A DNA stretch of 64,000 bases from a virus: positions 8,671-72,670 of IMG/VR virus record IMGVR_UViG_3300028115_001726. The stretch is one strand, 5' to 3'. The notes below the pieces were generated by a model, which searched no databases, was not told where the DNA came from, and was given only the letters and a program-made list of their open reading frames with translations. Shown one piece after another: positions 11,001 to 21,540 of this stretch. A program made the position numbers and the translations under genes. The stretch's first letter is position 1, and the number at the start of each line of letters is the position of its first letter.

Positions 11001-11924
11001 ATGGCAGTAGGTGATATAATCTCTGTTGCGAGATACAATATTATGCAAGACAGAGCTAATAAAGTTCTCGGAGTTGGAGGCGGTTCCTACGGAGAAACAT
11101 TTGGGTATGGACAAGCAGTAGCAAGCTCAAGTTTGCCAACAAATGTAGCAACCAATCCAACAGTGGTTAATTCTACACATATGCAGAATTTAAAAACAGA
11201 TATTGTAAAAGCATATGTCCACCAACAAAATACATTACCTACGTTAACTGATATTTCTACTTCTGATGATATAACGGACGCTGTATACGTTGAATATGAA
11301 ACAGCATCAACAAGAATTGAAACAGATCATTTGTTATATAATATTGCCCAAATGACTGTGCCGGAAGCAAAGTTAAGCGTAACAAGAACTACACAATGGG
11401 GAGCACCAGGACTACCGACTATTATACACGAATGGTCAGTAACATGGACAGATAGAGATCATCTAAGGGCATTTTTTAATTCAGGCGGAGAAGTAAGAAC
11501 TAGAGCGAGTATTACTGGCGGCTCTGGTACAAAAACTACTAATTGGAAAAACATGTTATCAACAGTTGGAACTGTAAAGTTTAGTTACACTGATACAGTA
11601 GCAACAGCAGGCACAGATTATAATATTGGCGCATATGACTTGACAGCAGGCGGCAGTTATGTTAATATATGGTATTACGAACCAGGAGCAGGTGCTTACG
11701 AAAACAATAACATTACATACAAAGCAAAATTAAATTCAGCAGGAAATATAATAACATTCCGTGTTGAATATACAGATGGCGATGCTATACCACCAGGAGA
11801 TGGCACACCAGGAGTAGACGAACCAGTAGAAGGTACGTTTAATAGCATTGTTGAGCAACAAAGAGCAACCGGTTCTTATGTAGAGGTACCAACTCCTAAT
11901 TATAGTAATATCTTGACAATCTAA
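11001..11924 (+). CDS. Virion structural protein (paralog 1)
   Basis: 307 aa, G/T-rich; shares RTTxWG, (F/L)NxGG, GxGAY(E/D)xNN and PVDE-like motifs with 11934..12983; under a late box. Confidence 0.6.
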   Translation: MAVGDIISVARYNIMQDRANKVLGVGGGSYGETFGYGQAVASSSLPTNVATNPTVVNSTHMQNLKTDIVKAYVHQQNTLPTLTDISTSDDITDAVYVEYETASTRIETDHLLYNIAQMTVPEAKLSVTRTTQWGAPGLPTIIHEWSVTWTDRDHLRAFFNSGGEVRTRASITGGSGTKTTNWKNMLSTVGTVKFSYTDTVATAGTDYNIGAYDLTAGGSYVNIWYYEPGAGAYENNNITYKAKLNSAGNIITFRVEYTDGDAIPPGDGTPGVDEPVEGTFNSIVEQQRATGSYVEVPTPNYSNILTI

Positions 11925-11933
11925 GGATAATTT

Positions 11934-12983
11934 ATGGCATTACCAGTATCAGTAGGCGCAACAATATTAGCAGCAGAATATAATGAACTACGTGATCCGG
12001 TAGATTCTATATACACAAGCCAATGGTACCAAACTGCTTTTTCTAGTGATGTTACAGCCGATGTTGATAGTGTAACAGAACAACAATTATTTAACTTATA
12101 TATCGATCTTCAATCTTTATATGTCCATATGTATGGATCTTTAAGTGCAGATTTTAGACCTCCAGCTGTTGGACAAAAAATTGGTGCTGACGAATCATTA
12201 GATTACAATCAGGCAACCGGAGCAGAAACTGCTGTATCGAATTCCGCACTTATGGGATTCAATGATTATAACACTGTAAAAATTGATATTGAAAATTTTG
12301 ATCTTACTGCTCATTTAAACTATCCTACAGGTAATTTTACTCCAGGAAGCACACTAACAAATCAACGAACTACAGCATGGGGCAATACAAGCACAACAGA
12401 CGATATCTATCATATTGTTGAAATTGAATTTGCTAATGGAGCAGATCAAGAAGCTGCTTGGCTAAATGCTGGAGGGTTTATAACTTTTAGAGCAGATTTA
12501 ACCGGCGGCACAGTTGGTACAGTGGGTACTAAAGATGACGATTGGCAGACATTGCTCAATGCTATGGGTGTTATATATGTTGATAAAAATGGATCTAGTT
12601 CTTCTAACTTTGCCGGCACTAATTACAATGTTGGAATAAGTGACTTAGGAAGTGGATATTCTTTAATTTATGAAAAAGCAGGATCCGGCGCATACGATGA
12701 CAACAACTATAGAATATACGGAACTAGAGTGTCTGCTGGTGTGTATAGATTTAGAATAAGGTTTTATGACGGAGATACAGGGACAGGCGATCTAGGCGGC
12801 GCCGGTACAGGAACACCTGTTGATGAGGCAGTTGGAGGCACTTTAACTAGCCGTATTCAACCACATACGCCTGACAGTGGATTTATTTGGGATAGCACAA
12901 CTTACACAGCATGTTCGGTTACTCAGGTAAATTATTCAACAGTTTATAGCCTAGCTAACAATCCAACTAGTGTTCCCACTTGA
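11934..12983 (+). CDS. Virion structural protein (paralog 2)
   Basis: 349 aa tandem paralog of 11001..11924. Confidence 0.6.
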   Translation: MALPVSVGATILAAEYNELRDPVDSIYTSQWYQTAFSSDVTADVDSVTEQQLFNLYIDLQSLYVHMYGSLSADFRPPAVGQKIGADESLDYNQATGAETAVSNSALMGFNDYNTVKIDIENFDLTAHLNYPTGNFTPGSTLTNQRTTAWGNTSTTDDIYHIVEIEFANGADQEAAWLNAGGFITFRADLTGGTVGTVGTKDDDWQTLLNAMGVIYVDKNGSSSSNFAGTNYNVGISDLGSGYSLIYEKAGSGAYDDNNYRIYGTRVSAGVYRFRIRFYDGDTGTGDLGGAGTGTPVDEAVGGTLTSRIQPHTPDSGFIWDSTTYTACSVTQVNYSTVYSLANNPTSVPT

Positions 12984-13008
12984 CAAATAGTTTATATTCG
13001 TGTATTAT
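12980..13008 (+). promoter_or_regulatory. Sigma70-type promoter
   Basis: TTGACA (12980-12985), 17 nt spacer, TATTAT (13003-13008); GGAG SD before ATG 13035. Confidence 0.7.
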
Positions 13009-13034
13009 TACAGTAGTAATATCGGAGTATACGA

Positions 13035-13379
13035 ATGGACGAAAGACTTGAAAAGGCTTTAGATTTTAGTAATTATATGATTACACTAGATAATCAAAAA
13101 AGGTTACTTAAAGAAAAATATCAAGAAGATTTAATGTATTATCACAATGGTGGTACATTTACAGCTACAAAGGAATTGATAACATTTTGTTCTTCCATGG
13201 AGTCATCTCAGCAAGAAGAAATAATTCTAACAGATGATAATAATATTCCAATAAAAGTTACAACACAAGAATTTTTAGATGGAATACGTGATACATATTT
13301 CCAAGCAAGTAACAAGTACTATGTTGAATTTGATAAATTAATATCAAACAGAACAGTAGAAGGTATTATAGATTTATGA
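13035..13379 (+). CDS. Hypothetical protein, possibly tail-fibre assembly chaperone-like
   Basis: 114 aa with SD; helical with an ILTDDNNIPIKV segment reminiscent of DUF4376-type fibre-associated proteins. Confidence 0.4.
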   Translation: MDERLEKALDFSNYMITLDNQKRLLKEKYQEDLMYYHNGGTFTATKELITFCSSMESSQQEEIILTDDNNIPIKVTTQEFLDGIRDTYFQASNKYYVEFDKLISNRTVEGIIDL

Positions 13380-14218
13380 GCAGAGGTGCTCTATTAATAG
13401 CAAGAAATAATTCTCAAGTTGATTACGTTAAACAAGCAATTTTTTGTGCTGAAAAAATACAACAGCATTTAAATATTCCTGTTACGTTATTGACAGATAA
13501 TGTTTCCTATATGGAAAAAACTTATAGCAATAAAATACAAGTGTTTGATAATGTTATTGCTTTACAAAACGAAAAAGCAAAAAGTTATAAAAAATACAGA
13601 GACGGTATTTTCCAAGAATATAAATTAGAATGGAAAAACACAAGTCGTAACGTTGCTTATGACGTAACTCCATATGACGAAACATTATTAATGGATACTG
13701 ATTACATCTTAGCAAATAATGTGTTAACAAATTGTTTTAAACAAAACAACGATTTAATGATGTATAACATGGCTACTGATCTAGCCGGATGGCGTGATTT
13801 TTCCGAGTTTAGCCATATTTCACCAAATGGAATAGACTTTTATTGGGCAACTATTGTATTTTTTAGAAAAACGAAAGTAAATAAAATATTTTTTGATCTT
13901 GTAGGACATATTAAAGATAATTGGTATCATTATAAAGTTGTTTATAAAATTATGAATCCAACGTTTAGGAATGATTTTGCTTTTAGTATAGCTGCTCATA
14001 TCATGAACGGATATATGAGGAACAATTTTGTAACGCCATTACCTGGTAAAAAATATGTAAGTCTTGATAATGATATTTGTATTGGTATAGATAATAATAA
14101 ATTTAATTTTTTAGTACAAAAAGAAGCCAGTGCTGATTATTTTCCTGTGTCTACTAAAGAACAAAATGTACATATAATGAATAAGTTTAGTTTAAACAGG
14201 ATAATCGATGAGTCTTAA
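13376..14218 (+). CDS. GT-A fold glycosyltransferase-like protein
   Basis: TPYDETLLMDTDY DxD motif; N-terminal YVKQAIFCA...VTLLTD as in GT8-like nucleotide-sugar transferases. Confidence 0.65.
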   Translation: MSRGALLIARNNSQVDYVKQAIFCAEKIQQHLNIPVTLLTDNVSYMEKTYSNKIQVFDNVIALQNEKAKSYKKYRDGIFQEYKLEWKNTSRNVAYDVTPYDETLLMDTDYILANNVLTNCFKQNNDLMMYNMATDLAGWRDFSEFSHISPNGIDFYWATIVFFRKTKVNKIFFDLVGHIKDNWYHYKVVYKIMNPTFRNDFAFSIAAHIMNGYMRNNFVTPLPGKKYVSLDNDICIGIDNNKFNFLVQKEASADYFPVSTKEQNVHIMNKFSLNRIIDES

Positions 14219-15050
14219 TTTTACAATATTTGCGCAAAATAGCACACACGATTATGTTCAGCAGGCATGTCTAGCAGCTATGAGTATAAAGTTGACCAAT
14301 CCAACCTCTAAGATTGCGTTAATTACCAATGATGATGTACCTAAAAAATATCAACATCTTTTTGAACATATTGTTCCTATTCCTTTTGACGATGCCAGTA
14401 GTAACAGCGAATGGAAAGTTGAAAATAGATGGAAGATATATCATGCTTGTCCGTTTGAAGAAAGTGCTGTAATTGACAGCGATGTTTTAATTTTAAGTAA
14501 TTTAGATCATTGGCAAAGTGTATTACAAAAACACGATTTATACTTTGTAAATCATGTAAAAACATATAGAGGCACAACAGCAGACAACATTTATTATAGA
14601 AAAGCATTTAGAAATCATAATTTGCCAAATTTGTATGCTGGGTTTCATTATTTTAAAAAATCAAAATTTGCGCATCAATTTTATAAATGGTTAGAACTAG
14701 TAATGAATAATTGGGAATTATTCTATGGACAATATGCTGGAGGAAAATATTTTCAAAAATGGCCTAGTATTGATGTGAGTGCGGCAATTGTAACAAAAAT
14801 TCTTAATTGCGAAAATAAAATTACAAATACTATTGACTATCCTACAATAACACACATGAAATTAAGGAATCAAGGTTGGAAAAAACTTCATGTTGAATCT
14901 TGGCAGGCACAAGTTGGAACATATTTTAATAATGATTGTAAATTAAAAATAGGTAATTATTCTCAAACAGGAATTTTTCATTACACTGAAAAAACTTTTT
15001 GTAATAAAGAAATTATTAAAACATATGAAAATAAATTAGGAATAAAATGA
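14208..15050 (+). CDS. GT-A fold glycosyltransferase-like protein (tandem paralog)
   Basis: CPFEESAVIDSDV DxD motif; YVQQACLAAMSIK...IALITND. Confidence 0.65.
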   Translation: MSLNFTIFAQNSTHDYVQQACLAAMSIKLTNPTSKIALITNDDVPKKYQHLFEHIVPIPFDDASSNSEWKVENRWKIYHACPFEESAVIDSDVLILSNLDHWQSVLQKHDLYFVNHVKTYRGTTADNIYYRKAFRNHNLPNLYAGFHYFKKSKFAHQFYKWLELVMNNWELFYGQYAGGKYFQKWPSIDVSAAIVTKILNCENKITNTIDYPTITHMKLRNQGWKKLHVESWQAQVGTYFNNDCKLKIGNYSQTGIFHYTEKTFCNKEIIKTYENKLGIK

Positions 15051-15613
15051 TAAACGGAGTTATTACAGAAAGATATATTTACTTTGACGAAATTGGAAAT
15101 ATACTTAAAATTTCAAATAATAACAATGACGAAGGACAATATTTAAAAACAAGTATAGAAGATGTTTGGGATATTATGTCTGGTATAAAAACTATGGATT
15201 CTTTTTTTGTTATTTTTGATTCAGTACAAAAAAAGCATATTATTAAAAGTAGATTTGTTGAAGATGAAATTAAATTTGACATAAACGATCAAATTTATAA
15301 AATTCCAAAAACAAAAATAGACAGACCTGATCTAACTATAAAACAAAATGTGATAAAAAAACAGTGGGATATAGAGTTAGATCCTATGTTAGATGAAAAC
15401 ATTAAGAATAGGAAGTTAATTTTTTCTGCTGCTTATAATTTTAGCGTATGTGGAAAGAACGATCCTCATAACCTGTATCAATATTTTCAAATTGATTTAA
15501 ATAACATAAAATCAATACCTTTTATTAGCGATTACGAACTTGACATAGATTCTGTAAGCGTATATACTACAAAGAGATTAGATACATATTACCACGAGGT
15601 TATCAATGACTAA
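15047..15613 (+). CDS. Hypothetical protein
   Basis: 188 aa ORF overlapping both neighbours (ATGA coupling upstream); no motif recognised. Confidence 0.6.
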   Translation: MINGVITERYIYFDEIGNILKISNNNNDEGQYLKTSIEDVWDIMSGIKTMDSFFVIFDSVQKKHIIKSRFVEDEIKFDINDQIYKIPKTKIDRPDLTIKQNVIKKQWDIELDPMLDENIKNRKLIFSAAYNFSVCGKNDPHNLYQYFQIDLNNIKSIPFISDYELDIDSVSVYTTKRLDTYYHEVIND

Positions 15614-16538
15614 ATTTAGAGTGTTAGACTATGACATTATTTACTTGAGCTATGACGAGCCTAATGCTGAAAAAAATTATGCTGATTTGTGTAGTAAAAT
15701 ACCTTGGGCTAAACGTGTACACGGAGTTGAAGGCAGTGACGCCGCACACAAAGCATGTGCTGAGTTAAGTGAAACTGATAGATTTATTACAATTGATGGT
15801 GATAACATTATTAATAAAGAGTTTCTTGCTAAAGAGTTTGATTTAGAATCACACGAAGATGCGCATTGGAATAAAGAAGCAAAGTTAGAAGATTGTGTAA
15901 TTAGCTGGAGTGCTAGAAATACTATTAACAATCTAATGTATGGCAACGGCGGCATTAAATGTTGGCCTAAGGAAAAAGTATTAAGTATGCGTACACACGA
16001 AAATGCTGATCCTAGTAATATTCATGCGCAAGTTGACTTTTGTTGGGATATTGAATATATTCAAATGAATAGTTGTTATAGCACAATTATGAATAACGCA
16101 ACTCCACATCAAGCATGGCGTGCTGGATTTAGAGAAGGTGTTAAAATGGCACTTGACAGAGGTATGCGTGTAAATAAAGAAGATTTTTTAAAAAATCATT
16201 GGAAAAATTTACATAGATTATATATTTGGCTTATGGTTGGCGCCGATGTTGAAAATGGAAGATGGGCAATTTATGGAGCAAGAGAAGGTTTGTACAAAAC
16301 TATGTGTACAGATTGGGACTTTGTAAATGTCCGTGATTTTAAATGGTTAAATGAATATTGGGACGCTAAAACTGATTTAGTAGAAGAAGATATAGAATAC
16401 TATTCACAAGAATTAGGGGATAAACTCATTAACGAATTAGAACTTCCAATAGCTGTTGATCCGTTAGATGCTACGCAAAGCAATTTTTTCAAGACTGTTT
16501 ATGTTAATCAGCCTAGAAATCCAAAAAAAGGAACATAA
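15606..16538 (+). CDS. GT-A (GT2-like) glycosyltransferase-like protein
   Basis: DIIYLSYDEPNAE...KRVHGVEG...FITIDGDN (DxD)...YGNGGIK...AWRAGFRE; homologous to the C-terminal domain of 46402..47724. Confidence 0.6.
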   Translation: MTKFRVLDYDIIYLSYDEPNAEKNYADLCSKIPWAKRVHGVEGSDAAHKACAELSETDRFITIDGDNIINKEFLAKEFDLESHEDAHWNKEAKLEDCVISWSARNTINNLMYGNGGIKCWPKEKVLSMRTHENADPSNIHAQVDFCWDIEYIQMNSCYSTIMNNATPHQAWRAGFREGVKMALDRGMRVNKEDFLKNHWKNLHRLYIWLMVGADVENGRWAIYGAREGLYKTMCTDWDFVNVRDFKWLNEYWDAKTDLVEEDIEYYSQELGDKLINELELPIAVDPLDATQSNFFKTVYVNQPRNPKKGT

Positions 16539-17924
16539 ATGTCTTTTGAAAAAGAAAAAACAAAATATGTAAATGATATAACAACACGACATTTTTCTCC
16601 TACATTTTGTTTTGCTAAATGGTATCACACAACAATATATTTACAAACGGGTGAAACACATAGTTGTTATCACCCTGCTCCTCATGCTATTGACGTTGAT
16701 GAGCTCTTTACTAATCCAAGTGCTTTACATAATACTAAACACAAAAAACAAGAACGTAAAGAGATGTTAGAAGGTAAGCAATGTGTTGGCTGTAACTATT
16801 GCTGGAACGTAGAAAACATGGGTCCTGATTTTGTTAGTGATAGACATATTCGCAGTGGCAGTATTTACAATGAAGAACGGTTAAATGAAGTAAAGTTAAA
16901 ACCTTGGGACTTTAATGTTAATCCTGAATACATTGAAATTTCATTTGGTAATGAGTGTAACTTTAGATGTGGGTATTGTCATCCTAAAGCAAGCAGCAGG
17001 TACTACAACGAAATACGGCAACACGGTCCGTATGACATGGTTAAAAATCATAGATGCGATGTAGATTGGTTTCGTGTATACGAAGAAGATAGCAATCCGT
17101 ATGTACGTGCGTGGTGGAAGTGGTGGCCTGAAGTTAGCAAGACACTAAACATTTTGCGTGTTACTGGCGGAGAGCCTACAATACAAAAAAGCACATATAG
17201 ACTGTTTGACGAACTTGAGAAAGATCCAAAGCCAAATCTTGAATTAAATGTAAACAGTAACTTAGGAGGTAAAGAACGTCAATTAGCAAAATTTACCGAC
17301 AGTGTAAATAGTTTACTTTCGCAAAACAAAATTAAACAGTTTAAATTGTTTACTAGTGTTGACACCTGGAATCAACGAGCTGAGTACATAAGAGATGGAT
17401 TAGATTTAGAAGTATTTGAAAGGAATCTTGATTATTTCCTTACTAACACTACAGCACCAGTAACTTTTATGATTACTTTTAATATTTTTAGTGTAACAAC
17501 ATTTCAAACATTGTTAGAAAAAATATTAGAATGGCGAGCAAAATATAATGATGTAAATAGCGGACGCTGGCAACGTATACATTTTGATACTCCATATTTA
17601 AAAGAACCTTTACAATACGATATTAATATTTTACCAAAAGAACAATATATGCCTTATATGGAAAGCCATTTACAGTTTATTCAAGATAATCTTAAAGAAG
17701 GCAGTAAAACACATTTTAGTACAATGGAATATGAAAAATTTAGACGTGTTGTAAGCTATATGAAAACTACAGAATACGATGTGAATAAAATACGTGAAGG
17801 ACGCCGAGATTTTTATAACTTTTTTAAAGAACAAGATCGAAGACGTAATGTAGATTTTGAATTAAGTTTTCCAGAAATGTCTGACTTCTTTACGTTATGT
17901 AAGGAAGTTAATGGAACCTTCTAA
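16539..17924 (+). CDS. Radical SAM enzyme, N-terminal Twitch/SPASM-like module (class A)
   Basis: CNFRCGYC, TGGEPT; N-terminal FCFAKW...HSC...CNYC. Confidence 0.9.
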   Translation: MSFEKEKTKYVNDITTRHFSPTFCFAKWYHTTIYLQTGETHSCYHPAPHAIDVDELFTNPSALHNTKHKKQERKEMLEGKQCVGCNYCWNVENMGPDFVSDRHIRSGSIYNEERLNEVKLKPWDFNVNPEYIEISFGNECNFRCGYCHPKASSRYYNEIRQHGPYDMVKNHRCDVDWFRVYEEDSNPYVRAWWKWWPEVSKTLNILRVTGGEPTIQKSTYRLFDELEKDPKPNLELNVNSNLGGKERQLAKFTDSVNSLLSQNKIKQFKLFTSVDTWNQRAEYIRDGLDLEVFERNLDYFLTNTTAPVTFMITFNIFSVTTFQTLLEKILEWRAKYNDVNSGRWQRIHFDTPYLKEPLQYDINILPKEQYMPYMESHLQFIQDNLKEGSKTHFSTMEYEKFRRVVSYMKTTEYDVNKIREGRRDFYNFFKEQDRRRNVDFELSFPEMSDFFTLCKEVNGTF

Positions 17925-19074
17925 GGACAATTCATACTGTTATTACCCTTTTAAACAAATTGCTATAAGTCATTGGAATAGCGATGGCATCCAGTGTGTC
18001 AATCCATGTTGTAATATGGCAAGTCCATTAGATCCTGATCCTTTACAAACTAACAAAGACATTCACAACGATGTTGAAAAATTATTTGATTTGCCTCAAC
18101 TACAAAATATTCGTACACAGATGCTAAATGGAGAATATCCTAGTGCTTGTAATACTTGCTATGAAGCAGAAAAATACGGAAGTAGTCCAAGACTAATGTT
18201 AGATACAACAGTAGACAATAAGTTAGAGTGGCTTGATATACATTTAGGTAACAAATGTAATCTTAGATGTAGAATGTGTCATCCTGCGTTAAGTAATCAA
18301 CTTAACAAAGATGCTGAATTATTCAAACAAGATGGTTATGAATATTGGTGGACTAGTGTGCCAGACATAGCACCACATGACATAAGTGTATTATATCCTG
18401 TACTAGAACAAATTACAAATATAAGAGTAAGTGGCGGAGAACCACTTTTGTCAAAAGAATATTTACAGTTATTAGATTACTGTATTGACAATGATTTATC
18501 AAAAAATATAAGTTTAGAACTACATACTAACGCAACTAAGTTTTCTAATACTAATGTACAAAGATTGAATAAATTTAAACATGTTAATGCTACATTTAGT
18601 ATAGACGGTATACACAAAGTTTACGAATATACAAGATATCCTTTTGCGTTTTCTATACTTGAAAACAATGTTAAAAACTTTTTTAAAAATGTAAAAAATT
18701 ATACTGTTCAAATAAACTATGTAGCAACAATATACAATATGTTTAATGTACGTGAAACAATATCTTGGGCTGAACAATTTCCCATAAGTGATTTTGTAGT
18801 TACAAATGTTTATCCGCAAGGACGCAATATCGATGTATGTTGGGCACCATATAATCTTCTTCTAATTGCTAAAGAAATGCTACTAGCAATGACAAAACCA
18901 TATCAAACAGAACCTTTTACTAATTATTTACAAGACTGTGTGATTAATAATAAGTACAGCATAGAAAAGATTAAAGAAATAAAACTAGAAACTTTACAGT
19001 TTGATAAAAATCGTAATCAACATTACAAAGATTATTTACATAACATGACAATAGGGTTATTAGATTCGGTATGA
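17911..19074 (+). CDS. Radical SAM enzyme, class A
   Basis: CNLRCRMC, SGGEPL; N-terminal YCYYPF...PCC...CNTC. Confidence 0.9.
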   Translation: MEPSKDNSYCYYPFKQIAISHWNSDGIQCVNPCCNMASPLDPDPLQTNKDIHNDVEKLFDLPQLQNIRTQMLNGEYPSACNTCYEAEKYGSSPRLMLDTTVDNKLEWLDIHLGNKCNLRCRMCHPALSNQLNKDAELFKQDGYEYWWTSVPDIAPHDISVLYPVLEQITNIRVSGGEPLLSKEYLQLLDYCIDNDLSKNISLELHTNATKFSNTNVQRLNKFKHVNATFSIDGIHKVYEYTRYPFAFSILENNVKNFFKNVKNYTVQINYVATIYNMFNVRETISWAEQFPISDFVVTNVYPQGRNIDVCWAPYNLLLIAKEMLLAMTKPYQTEPFTNYLQDCVINNKYSIEKIKEIKLETLQFDKNRNQHYKDYLHNMTIGLLDSV

Positions 19075-20276
19075 AAGACAGCAGCACATTTTGTATGTTT
19101 CCGTGGTTACATTTAAATGTTACACCTAAGGGAGACGTGTATCCTTGTTGTAGTAGTGATTATGTTGAGCCGTTTGCTAATGTAAAAAATATGTCACTTG
19201 AAAAAGCCTTCAACACTGATCGTATGAAACAATTGAGATTAGACATGTTAAATGGGCGAAAAAATGAAGCATGTACTTTTTGTTACAAACACGAAGAAAA
19301 TTCTCCGCATAGTTTTAGAAAATATAGTTTGGAACATTTTGGACATCTATATGATGATCTTATTCCGTTAACAAACGAAGACGGCAGCGTAGACGATTTT
19401 TCTATGCGTTATTTTGATGTAAGATTTAGTAATATATGTAATTTTAAATGTAGAACATGCGGCGGAGAATTTAGTAGTCAATGGGCGCAAGAAGAAAAAC
19501 AACACGACGACAAAGGTGAAAATTTTAGGATAATTCAACATGCTGACGAAAGTGGAAAATTACTAGATGAAATATTAGAACAAATTCCTAATATGGAACT
19601 TGCTTACTTTGCTGGCGGCGAACCATTAATTACTGATGAACATTATACAATACTAGAGGAAATGATCAACACTGGTGCTTGTAAAAATATTGTCTTACGA
19701 TATAATACAAACATGAGTAATTTTAAATATAAAAAGTATGACATACTTGATATGTGGAGTAACTTTAAAAATGTAGAAGTAAGTGCTAGTATTGATCATT
19801 TTGGAGAAAAAGCAGAATACATACGTAATGGTACAAAATGGTTTAATGTAAAAAACAATTTACGTAAAATTAGAGATGTAGATTTTATAAATTATCAATT
19901 TAATTGTGTATTAAGTAATTTAAATTATGTTACTCTAGGCGACTTTTTTACATACATGATTGACCAAGATTTGTTAAGAAAACACGATTATATAAGTATC
20001 TATCATTTGCTTAATCCTAGTTTTTACAGTGCGCAAAATTTGCCTAATTTACATAAAGAAAAGGGTACATTAAGTTTATTAAAGTTGCTAACACAAATTA
20101 GAGATGAATTCTGGTGTGCGCAACACATAGAAAACGCACTCAAATTTGCTACAAGTGCCAATACTTGGAATGAACACGGGCAAGAATTTATACATAATAC
20201 TATACGTAGAGATAAAATTCGAAACGAAAGTTTTACTAAAACTTTTCCTGAATTGGCAGATTTAATCGATGGATAA
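19071..20276 (+). CDS. Radical SAM enzyme, class A
   Basis: CNFKCRTC, AGGEPL; N-terminal FCMFPW...PCC...CTFC. Confidence 0.9.
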   Translation: MKDSSTFCMFPWLHLNVTPKGDVYPCCSSDYVEPFANVKNMSLEKAFNTDRMKQLRLDMLNGRKNEACTFCYKHEENSPHSFRKYSLEHFGHLYDDLIPLTNEDGSVDDFSMRYFDVRFSNICNFKCRTCGGEFSSQWAQEEKQHDDKGENFRIIQHADESGKLLDEILEQIPNMELAYFAGGEPLITDEHYTILEEMINTGACKNIVLRYNTNMSNFKYKKYDILDMWSNFKNVEVSASIDHFGEKAEYIRNGTKWFNVKNNLRKIRDVDFINYQFNCVLSNLNYVTLGDFFTYMIDQDLLRKHDYISIYHLLNPSFYSAQNLPNLHKEKGTLSLLKLLTQIRDEFWCAQHIENALKFATSANTWNEHGQEFIHNTIRRDKIRNESFTKTFPELADLIDG

Positions 20277-21540
20277 AGAAAAACTATTAAAAGAAGATAC
20301 AGCATTTTGTATCCTACCTTGGATTCATATGCACGCATGGCCTGATGGTCGTGCTATGCCATGCTGTATTGCTGACAGTGATCAGCCGTTTGGTGATTTA
20401 AAAACAAATACAATTGAAGAAGTTTGGAATAGTGAAAAATACAAAGAATTACGTAAAGCCATGTTACAAGGAAAACAATTAGACGCTTGTAAAAGGTGTT
20501 ACGAATTAGAAGCGAGTACATGGATTTGGACACTACGTAAAAACAGCAACGAATGGTTTGGAGACAAGCATTTTGACTTAGTTGAAAAAACTAACGAAGA
20601 CGGCAGTATAGACGAAATGCGTATGGCTTACATGGATGTAAGATTTAGCAATATTTGTAACATGAAATGTCGTAGTTGTGGACCTGAGCTTAGTAGTTTA
20701 CATGCGCAAGAACATGGAGAATTATACGGTAAACATGAAATAGCAAATATACTTAACAATAATGGTAGTACTGTTGTAAATATTGCCAAGAAAAATAATT
20801 ATTGGGAAAATTTACAAAAGTATTTGCCAGATGTCGAAGAAGTGTATTGGGCAGGCGGCGAACCACTTATTACAAATGAACACTATAAAATATTAGACAG
20901 ATGGATCGAGTCAGGTAAGACAGATGTGCGTTTACGCTACACAACAAACTTTAGCAACATGCGCTACAAAAGTAAAAGTATTTACAGTTATTGGGAACAG
21001 TTTGAAGATGTACAAGTAAGTGCTAGTTTAGATGCTAACGGAAACAGAGCAGAGTTTATGCGCCACGGCACTGACTGGCAACAGATTGAACAAAACCGTG
21101 TTGAAATGTTAGAGCGTGTTCCTCATGTACACTTTGAAATTACACCAACTATTAGCTTGTATAATGTGTGGAACTTTCCAGATTTTCATATAGACTGGGT
21201 AGAACGTGGACTAGTAGATATTGACAAGTGTAGACTAAATGTTTTAACTGGTCCTGACTTTATGCGTATTGATTATATACCAGAAGAATATAAACGTGAA
21301 TTACGTGCCAAATATATTGATTATAAAAAATGGGCCTATGAAAAATGCAATAGCGAAGATATGGTAAGAGAAGTACTAGGACACATAGATAGTGTTCTAC
21401 AATTTATGAATATGGGAAAATATAATCAAGAAAAATTAAATCAATTTTTCAAAAAGAATCATACATTAGATGTACATCGCAAAGAAGATTTTTGGGCTGT
21501 GTTTCCTGAGTTAGGATGGTTACGTGAGCACATTACTTAA
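20269..21540 (+). CDS. Radical SAM enzyme, class A (close tandem paralog of 19071..20276)
   Basis: CNMKCRSC, AGGEPL; N-terminal FCILPW...PCC...CKRC. Confidence 0.9.
   Translation: MDKEKLLKEDTAFCILPWIHMHAWPDGRAMPCCIADSDQPFGDLKTNTIEEVWNSEKYKELRKAMLQGKQLDACKRCYELEASTWIWTLRKNSNEWFGDKHFDLVEKTNEDGSIDEMRMAYMDVRFSNICNMKCRSCGPELSSLHAQEHGELYGKHEIANILNNNGSTVVNIAKKNNYWENLQKYLPDVEEVYWAGGEPLITNEHYKILDRWIESGKTDVRLRYTTNFSNMRYKSKSIYSYWEQFEDVQVSASLDANGNRAEFMRHGTDWQQIEQNRVEMLERVPHVHFEITPTISLYNVWNFPDFHIDWVERGLVDIDKCRLNVLTGPDFMRIDYIPEEYKRELRAKYIDYKKWAYEKCNSEDMVREVLGHIDSVLQFMNMGKYNQEKLNQFFKKNHTLDVHRKEDFWAVFPELGWLREHIT

Noticed and set aside
11913-11945. TTGACA as a -35 element
   Set aside because: No -10 hexamer at 16-18 nt spacing.
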